DNA from: an uncultured Alphaproteobacteria bacterium
GTDB lineage: Bacteria; Pseudomonadota; Alphaproteobacteria; CAAHEQ01; UBA3637
Assembly (NCBI GenBank): GCA_944391585.1
Contig: CALXUD010000003.1
Coordinates: 1-45,059, forward strand
Reading direction: 5' to 3'
DNA: 45,059 nt
The notes below the pieces were generated by a model. The model did no database searches. It saw only the letters and a program-made list of their open reading frames with translations, and was not told the origin of the DNA. Positions within the stretch are counted from its first letter, which is position 1. Each line of letters opens with the position of its first letter. The position numbers were made by a program, and so were the translations under genes. This document shows positions 39,410 through 45,059 of the stretch, piece after piece.

Positions 39410-40093
39410 TTACGCCTCTACAAGAGATAGTAATTCAGATAAACGCTGTTTTACATTTAAGGGAACAGATGTGCTTTGTAAAGCCTGATTTAAGATATTT
39501 TTTGCCGCTTTCTGATTGTTTTGTTTTAAATAAGAAATTGCCATCAATTCAGCAGCTGAACCATAAAAAGGATTAGATTCATTGAGTAAAGGTTGTAATA
39601 ATAGCTGTATTTCTTCGGGTGTTTTGGAATCAATTTGATGACCGACTAATGAAAGACGGGCAACCGATCTTAATTCATCCGGCACTTTTTTATTGCCAAC
39701 CAGTTGCATTAAAAGCTTGAAAGCTTCTTCATTTTTTTGTTGTTGGATTAAAATAGAAGAGCGTTTTAAATCCGCTAAATAACGATAGCCCGTTTTAGCA
39801 TTTTTAGATAAAGCAGATAACTCCCTAAGAGCGTCATCATACTTCCCTTGATAGCTTAAAACAGCTGCTTGTTCAAACTGATCCGATTCGGCTATTCGTG
39901 TTTTCATCCACCAACTTTGATATAATTCAAAAGCAATTACAAATATAACAGCGGCACAAGCTAATCCAATAAATAAAAAACGATATTTTTTCCAAAAAGC
40001 TTTAATTTGATCTTTTTTTAGCTCAGCATCCACTTCTTTTGCCAACATTTCTTGGCGGATTTTTATAAGTTCATCTTGAGGTGTGAGTTTCAT
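39410..40093 (-). CDS. yfgM: YfgM-like TPR membrane protein
   Basis: EVDAELK.DQ.K.FWKKY, one TM, helical TPR-like region; upstream of bamB. Confidence 0.85.
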   Translation of the reverse strand: MKLTPQDELIKIRQEMLAKEVDAELKKDQIKAFWKKYRFLFIGLACAAVIFVIAFELYQSWWMKTRIAESDQFEQAAVLSYQGKYDDALRELSALSKNAKTGYRYLADLKRSSILIQQQKNEEAFKLLMQLVGNKKVPDELRSVARLSLVGHQIDSKTPEEIQLLLQPLLNESNPFYGSAAELMAISYLKQNNQKAAKNILNQALQSTSVPLNVKQRLSELLSLVEA

Positions 40094-40155
40094 TGTTTTT
40101 TCCTTTTATTTATAATGGGGGGTTATACCAAAAAATCCGTTTGATTGCAAATGTT

Positions 40156-40938
40156 TTATTTTTCTTTTTTAGGAAATTTCCCCATAATAGGTAAAATAAT
40201 CCAAGAAGGAAGAGCTGAACCCAACCAAGCACCAAAGGCCATAGGCCATGGAAAAGCAATAATGGCGGGATTTTTTTCCAATCGTTTGCGAATAATCTGC
40301 GCAGCTTTTTTGGGTTCCATAATAAATGGCATGCTGAATTTATTTTTATCTGTTAATGGTGTTTCAATAAAGCCGGGGCAAATAACACTGACATTGATTT
40401 TATAGGGTTTTAAAAAACCCCGTAAGCCTTCTCCCCACGCTTTAATACAAGATTTTGAAGCAGAGTAGGCGGGACAGCTGGCCATGCCGCGATAACCCGC
40501 AATGGAGCTGATAATTGCAATTTGACCACCTTTTTTTTCTTCTTTAAAACAGCTGATAGCGGGAATAACCGTGTGTACAACCCCCCAAATATTGGTTTGA
40601 AAAATGTTCAAGGTAGCAATTTTATTTTCTGGCATTCCTAAAACTCCGCCTGAAACACCCGCATTGGCAATAATTAAGTCCAATGGTTTGATGTTATTGG
40701 CATTATGAATGGCAGATTCGCAAACGGAGGCTTCCGATACATCAAAGGCAAAGGTGTAAACATCAGCTCCTTTTTTCTTGCAGGCGTTGGCGGTTTGTTC
40801 CAAACGTTCAATGCTCCTGCCACATAAAAAAAGAGTTATTCCTTTTTTTGCATAATCCAGTGCCAAAGCACGTCCCAAACCACTGGAGGCTCCTGTGATA
40901 AAGATGGATTTTGGAATTAATTTTTTGCGGTTGAACAT
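40156..40938 (-). CDS. Short-chain dehydrogenase/reductase
   Basis: ITGASSGLG, ANAG, SSIAG, YSASK, PGFIETP. Confidence 0.95.
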   Translation of the reverse strand: MFNRKKLIPKSIFITGASSGLGRALALDYAKKGITLFLCGRSIERLEQTANACKKKGADVYTFAFDVSEASVCESAIHNANNIKPLDLIIANAGVSGGVLGMPENKIATLNIFQTNIWGVVHTVIPAISCFKEEKKGGQIAIISSIAGYRGMASCPAYSASKSCIKAWGEGLRGFLKPYKINVSVICPGFIETPLTDKNKFSMPFIMEPKKAAQIIRKRLEKNPAIIAFPWPMAFGAWLGSALPSWIILPIMGKFPKKEK

Positions 40939-40974
40939 AAAAACTCCTTTTTTTGAAAAAAATAAAAAAATCTC

Positions 40975-41002
40975 TTGACACAAGATTATAAATAAGTATA
41001 AT
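40975..41002 (+). promoter_or_regulatory. Promoter of tRNA-Leu
   Basis: TTGACA-16 bp-TATAAT. Confidence 0.75.
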
Positions 41003-41022
41003 CCATTTGTCTACTGAAAAAT

Positions 41023-41109
41023 GCCTCTATGGCGGAACTGGTAGACGCGGCAGACTCAAAATCTGCTTCTCGCAAGGGAGTGCTGGTTCGATTCCGGCTA
41101 GAGGCACCA
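41023..41109 (+). tRNA. tRNA-Leu (CAA)
   Basis: GCCTCTATGGCGGAACTGGTAGACGCGGCAGA-CTCAAAA-TCTGC, long variable arm, GGTTCGATTCC, ends GAGGCACCA. Confidence 0.97.
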
Positions 41110-41116
41110 AAATATA

Positions 41117-41143
41117 AGCCCCTGTTTTCAAGGGGCTTTTTTT
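41117..41143 (+). terminator. Terminator after tRNA-Leu
   Basis: AAGCCCCT-GTTTTCA-AGGGGCTTTTTT. Confidence 0.88.
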
Positions 41144-41242
41144 ATTTTAGATTTTAATAACGTTAAGTGTGATTAACTTTGTTTTTATGTTTTTAAAGTG
41201 TTTTTTGTTCATTAATTAAAGTGAAAAAAATAAAAAAAACCC

Positions 41243-41271
41243 TTGCAATTTCAAATAAGTTAGTGTATAAA
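41243..41271 (+). promoter_or_regulatory. Promoter of rplY-pth-ychF
   Basis: TTGCAA-17 bp-TATAAA. Confidence 0.65.
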
Positions 41272-41368
41272 TGCGCCGTTATCTCGTTGTGAGAAAACTT
41301 ATCGGAGATATTCACCCCTGGAGGATTATTCGATAATAATTTGAATTTATTATGAAAAGGTTTTTATT

Positions 41369-42040
41369 ATGAAAGCGACTCAATTAAATGCAACAAAACG
41401 TGAAAAAGCTGGTAAGGGGGCCTCTAGAGCTTGTCGTCGTGTAGGAGAAGTTCCTGCTGTTATCTATGGTGATAAACAAGCCCCGGTCCTTATTTCTTTA
41501 CCGGAAAAAGTTGTTGTTGCACAAATGAATACAAAAGGTTTATGGACACGTCAGTTTGAAATAACTGTTGATGGGAATTCCTATCATTGTTTGTGTCAAG
41601 ATATTCAAAAACATCCTGTTTCAGATAAGCCAATTCATGCAGATTTCTTAAGAATTGCAAAAAATGCTATTTTGACATTGGATATTCCTTTGGAATTTAT
41701 CAACGAAGAAATTTCACCGGCGGTCAAATTTGGTGGTGTGTTAAACATTGTCCATCGTACGGTGGAAGTAAAATGTTCTGCATTGAATATTCCAGATTCT
41801 TTCCAAGTTGATTTATCTAAAGTTGAAATGGGTGATTCTGTATTGGCAAGTTCGTTGGTTTTACCGGAAGGTGTTAAATTAACAGCAGAAGAGGACTTTA
41901 CAATTGCAACAATTGTGGCTCCTACAGAAGAAGTTGAAGAAACTCCAGCTGCAGACACAACTGCTCCCGCAGAAGGGACAACAGCTCCAGCAGCAGGGAC
42001 TGAAGCAACTTCAACACAAGAAAAGAAAGAAGAAAAATAA
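41369..42040 (+). CDS. rplY: 50S ribosomal protein L25/Ctc
   Basis: GKGASRA.RR.G.VPAVIYG, IQKHPV..KPIHADF, acidic Ala/Thr-rich tail. Confidence 0.97.
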   Translation: MKATQLNATKREKAGKGASRACRRVGEVPAVIYGDKQAPVLISLPEKVVVAQMNTKGLWTRQFEITVDGNSYHCLCQDIQKHPVSDKPIHADFLRIAKNAILTLDIPLEFINEEISPAVKFGGVLNIVHRTVEVKCSALNIPDSFQVDLSKVEMGDSVLASSLVLPEGVKLTAEEDFTIATIVAPTEEVEETPAADTTAPAEGTTAPAAGTEATSTQEKKEEK

Positions 42041-42600
42041 TGAAATTAATTGTGGGGCTTGGCAATCCAGGTTTGGAATATGCATTCAGCCGTCACAATG
42101 TTGGATTTATGGCGGTGGACGAATTAGCCCATCGCCATTCTTTTTCAGAATTTAAAGAAAAATTTAAAGGCTTAATTGCTTCTGGAGAAATTGCAGGTGA
42201 AAAGGTTTATCTTCTAAAACCTCAAACGTATATGAATTTATCTGGTGAATCGGTTTTAGCTGTATGCTCTTTTTATAAAATAAAACCGAAAGATGTAATT
42301 GTGTTCCATGATGATATGGATTTAGAGACTGCTCGAGTTAAGGTTAAAAATGGTGGTGGTTCCGGTGGTCATAATGGGATAAAAAGCATTGATGCTCATA
42401 TTGGCCCCGAATACACACGGGTGCGAATTGGTGTTTCTAAACCTCAAGAAAAAGAAAAAATTGTGGATTGGGTTTTATCGCGCTTTTCAACTGATGAATT
42501 GGCTCAATTATTTCCTTTATTCCAAAATATATCAGATTCAATGGATGTTTTGTTGACAAAAGGGAATGAAAATTTTATGAATAAAATAAAAAGGAAATAG
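42040..42600 (+). CDS. pth: Peptidyl-tRNA hydrolase
   Basis: VGLGNPG, RHNVGF, KPQTYMNLSG, HDDMD, GGHNGIKS. Confidence 0.98.
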   Translation: MKLIVGLGNPGLEYAFSRHNVGFMAVDELAHRHSFSEFKEKFKGLIASGEIAGEKVYLLKPQTYMNLSGESVLAVCSFYKIKPKDVIVFHDDMDLETARVKVKNGGGSGGHNGIKSIDAHIGPEYTRVRIGVSKPQEKEKIVDWVLSRFSTDELAQLFPLFQNISDSMDVLLTKGNENFMNKIKRK

Positions 42601-42608
42601 GATTAAAA

Positions 42609-43712
42609 ATGGGATTTAATTGTGGAATTATCGGTTTGCCGAATGTGGGAAAATCAACTTTATTTAATGCTCTTACTTCAACGGTTAATGCTCAGGCGGC
42701 AAACTATCCGTTTTGTACGATTGAACCCAATATTGGTCGAGTAGCTGTTCCTGATGAACGGTTAGTTAAATTGAAAGAGATTGATAAATCTGAAAAAATT
42801 GTACCAACACAATTAGAATTTGTGGATATTGCAGGATTAGTGCGAGGAGCCAGTAAGGGAGAAGGTTTGGGTAATCAATTTTTGGCGAATATTCGAGAGG
42901 TGGATGCAATTGTCCATGTTTTACGCTGCTTTGATAATCCAGATGTTGTTCATGTAGAGGGATCGGTTGATCCAGTGCGTGATGCCGCAACAATAGAAAC
43001 TGAATTGATGTTGGCAGATTTAGAGAGTTTAGAAAAACGCATAGTTGGCGTTGCAAAAAAAGCCCAATCCGGAGATAAAGAATCTAAGTTATTATTAACT
43101 GTTATGGAACCGGTTTTGAAAGCATTGCAAGAGGGAAAACCCGCCCGAACAGTGCGACCAACGGATGTGGAGCAGGAAAAATTATTGAATTCCATGTATT
43201 TATTGACTTCTAAACCGATTTTATATGTTTGTAATGTGGAAGAAGCCAGTGCAGCTACAGGTAATGAATATACAAAGCGTGTTGCTCAAATGGCAGAAAA
43301 AGAAGGAAATCAATGTGTTGTTATTTCGGCAAATATAGAGGCTGAAGTAGCTCAATTAACGGATCCAGAAGAACAAAAAGAATTTTTGCAGACTTTGGGG
43401 TTGACACAAACAGGACTGGGACGTATTATTGATGCAGGATATCAGTTGTTAGGTCTTGAAACTTTCTTTACCTCGGGTCCGAAAGAAGCTCATGCTTGGA
43501 CGATGAAGAAAGGGACTTTGGCACCTCAGGCAGCCGGTATTATTCATACAGATTTTGAAAGGGGTTTTATTCGTGCAGAAATTATCTCTTATCAAGATTA
43601 TGTGAGATTTAATGGAGAAGTTGGAGCACGAGAAAATGGAAAGTTGCGTCAGGAAGGAAAAGGGTATATTATGCAAGATGGAGATGTTGCGCACTTTCTA
43701 TTTAATGTTTGA
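42609..43712 (+). CDS. ychF: Redox-regulated ATPase YchF
   Basis: GLPNVGKSTLFN, ANYPFCTIEPN, DIAGLV.GAS.GEGLGN, IHTDFERGFIRAE. Confidence 0.98.
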   Translation: MGFNCGIIGLPNVGKSTLFNALTSTVNAQAANYPFCTIEPNIGRVAVPDERLVKLKEIDKSEKIVPTQLEFVDIAGLVRGASKGEGLGNQFLANIREVDAIVHVLRCFDNPDVVHVEGSVDPVRDAATIETELMLADLESLEKRIVGVAKKAQSGDKESKLLLTVMEPVLKALQEGKPARTVRPTDVEQEKLLNSMYLLTSKPILYVCNVEEASAATGNEYTKRVAQMAEKEGNQCVVISANIEAEVAQLTDPEEQKEFLQTLGLTQTGLGRIIDAGYQLLGLETFFTSGPKEAHAWTMKKGTLAPQAAGIIHTDFERGFIRAEIISYQDYVRFNGEVGARENGKLRQEGKGYIMQDGDVAHFLFNV

Positions 43713-43727
43713 TTAAGGGAGGAAAAA

Positions 43728-44171
43728 ATGCCTGTAGCTTTGTGGCGAGAACAAATGAATTTAAATTATCCACCATTGGATGATGAGCATAAGGCATTTT
43801 TAGATGTGGTTAATCAATGTTTTTTAGCCAGTCAAGTTGGTGATTTTCAAATGATTGATCGGGTTTTTGAAAAATGTTATGATTATGCGCGAAATCACTT
43901 TTCTCATGAAGAAGATATTATGGAACGCATTCAATTCCCGGATATTGAAGCGCATATGCGTTCTCATCAAATTTTCATAAAAAATGTTTCAGAATTGCGG
44001 CAACAATATGAAGTAGCTCCTTCATTAGAAGAAAAACAGAAATTATCCGAAAAATTAGCAAGTTTTTTAAATGTTTGGCTTTTGGGACACATATTAAGTA
44101 GAGATAAGGTGTTTAAACCTTATTTGGTTCGTTTGCGTAATTTACCTCCTCGGATGAATTACGATCTATAA
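43728..44171 (+). CDS. Single-domain bacteriohemerythrin
   Basis: LDDEH, HFSHEE, H...H, WLLGHI...D: the di-iron ligand set is present. Confidence 0.92.
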   Translation: MPVALWREQMNLNYPPLDDEHKAFLDVVNQCFLASQVGDFQMIDRVFEKCYDYARNHFSHEEDIMERIQFPDIEAHMRSHQIFIKNVSELRQQYEVAPSLEEKQKLSEKLASFLNVWLLGHILSRDKVFKPYLVRLRNLPPRMNYDL

Positions 44172-44183
44172 TAGAAAAATAAC

Positions 44184-44212
44184 TTGACAAAATAAAATTT
44201 TTACTCTAAAAT
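44184..44212 (+). promoter_or_regulatory. Near-consensus sigma70 promoter with no obvious downstream CDS
   Basis: TTGACA-17 bp-TAAAAT. Confidence 0.6.
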
Positions 44213-44218
44213 GGACTT

Positions 44219-44304
44219 TAGAGTAATAAAAAGGACTTGTTTGTTAATACTCCTCATGCAATAAAAAACACGCAAGAAATTCCCCTTTTTATTGCTCTTC
44301 TTTT
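44219..44304 (+). ncRNA. Candidate small RNA
   Basis: Follows the promoter; stems GAGTA/TACTC and GCAATAAAAA/TTTTTATTGC, then a pyrimidine-rich tail. Confidence 0.3.
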
Positions 44305-44313
44305 ACTTAAAAT

Positions 44314-44700
44314 TTATTTTTCTTTTTTAATCAATGGGTCTTGACCGTATTTATTCACTCCATTTGTACCAGGCATAAAGAAGAGAATAAAAGATAAAAT
44401 AAAAATAATCAAAGAAACTATAAGAATCAATGTCGTATTCCCAGCAAAGATTAAAAGGGGATAAAAGGCGATTAAAACGCTCCAGTATCCGATTCATCCT
44501 AAGGTATGCAAGCGTTTAATATATGCTATGATCGATCAGGAAAAAGGAAGATAAAAAAATAGTATGATAATAATTCAAAAGTAATCAGCTTTTTTGTATT
44601 GTATAGAAAAGATAAATATAGGAAAATCTAAGATTAATAATCTCAATCACAAAATATGAATAAAGAATTTTAAATGGTTTATGCTTCTATTTTCTGAGCA
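44314..44700 (-). pseudogene. DUF805-like inner-membrane protein gene interrupted by in-frame TGA codons
   Basis: Manual translation gives ...IAYIKRLHTLG*IGYW...FMPGTNGVNKYGQDP, matching the DUF805 pattern RRLHD.G.SGW / PG..G.N.YG.DP; no clear start codon. Confidence 0.75.
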
Positions 44701-45059
44701 ATATTCTTCACTATTTCACGAATTAGGAGATTATTATTGTGCATTAAACAACAACTAAAAATATAATCAATCCTCTGAAAACTATTTTTAATGTAAAAAT
44801 GGTTGTGATAAGAAGAAACTTGAAGCTGGTTTTACAATAGAAATAAGGGTTTAAGAGACAAGTTTCCTGTCAAGTTATAAGTTTATTGTTTTAACAAAAG
44901 CATTATAGAGAGTTTTTTAACTTTAAAATAAAAAACATTTGTTTTATTTATCATGTTCATTAAAAAGAATAAAAAAATCAATAAAAAAATAATTTTTTTT
45001 AAAAAAAAAGCTCTTGTATTTCAAAAAAAGGTGTTGTATAAAATTCTTCAAGAGTTATC

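Noticed and set aside
19642-41109. tRNA genes as prophage or island attachment sites
   Set aside because: I saw no integrase and no duplicated tRNA 3' end by eye; a short att repeat could have been missed.
41950-42010. Imperfect 21-bp tandem repeat (TTAPAEG / TTAPAAG) in rplY
   Set aside because: An ordinary low-complexity tail of L25/Ctc proteins.
2158-43694. The many 60-110 aa ORFs nested in or antisense to long genes
   Set aside because: They lie inside well-supported CDSs, lack ribosome sites, and are expected by chance.
44740-45059. AT-rich end of the window as a replication origin, repeat array or gene
   Set aside because: No DnaA-box cluster, regular repeats or credible ORF seen; the last ~50 bp look like a promoter (TTGTAT-17-TATAAA) for a gene beyond the window.
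1-45059. CRISPR arrays, IS elements, defence systems, genome-wide stop-codon recoding
   Set aside because: No repeat-spacer periodicity, transposase or defence domains recognised; core genes read normally in the standard bacterial code and several end in TGA.

Overview
AT-rich chromosomal segment, most likely from an alphaproteobacterium (inferred from the GAF-EI ptsP, the yfgM-bamB-der cluster and the style of hflX, pheS and slyX). It also carries genes typical of anaerobes: ppdK, hydE, hemerythrin, a nitroreductase and an acyl-ACP thioesterase. Most of the window is housekeeping: ppdK (partial), glgB-glgX-malQ, hflX, metA, an Mla/Pqi-type MCE transporter, pheST, rpmI-rplT, slyX, pepN, glk, ptsP, der, bamB, yfgM, rplY-pth-ychF and three tRNAs (Glu, Asp, Leu). 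I saw no CRISPR array, integrase or transposase. Points of interest: (1) a murL-murD2 pair, the racemase-independent route to D-Glu in peptidoglycan; (2) a GlmU cut cleanly after its uridyltransferase domain, next to a sugar kinase, suggesting amino-sugar salvage; (3) several orphan genes inserted between conserved genes, whose products end in charged tails with an Arg at or near the terminus, reminiscent of type IV secretion signals; one is a YD-like/LRR-like mosaic protein; (4) an uncalled 39-aa membrane microprotein; (5) a DUF805-like frame interrupted only by TGA codons; (6) a candidate sRNA behind a near-consensus promoter. All family assignments come from motif recognition by eye; no searches were run.
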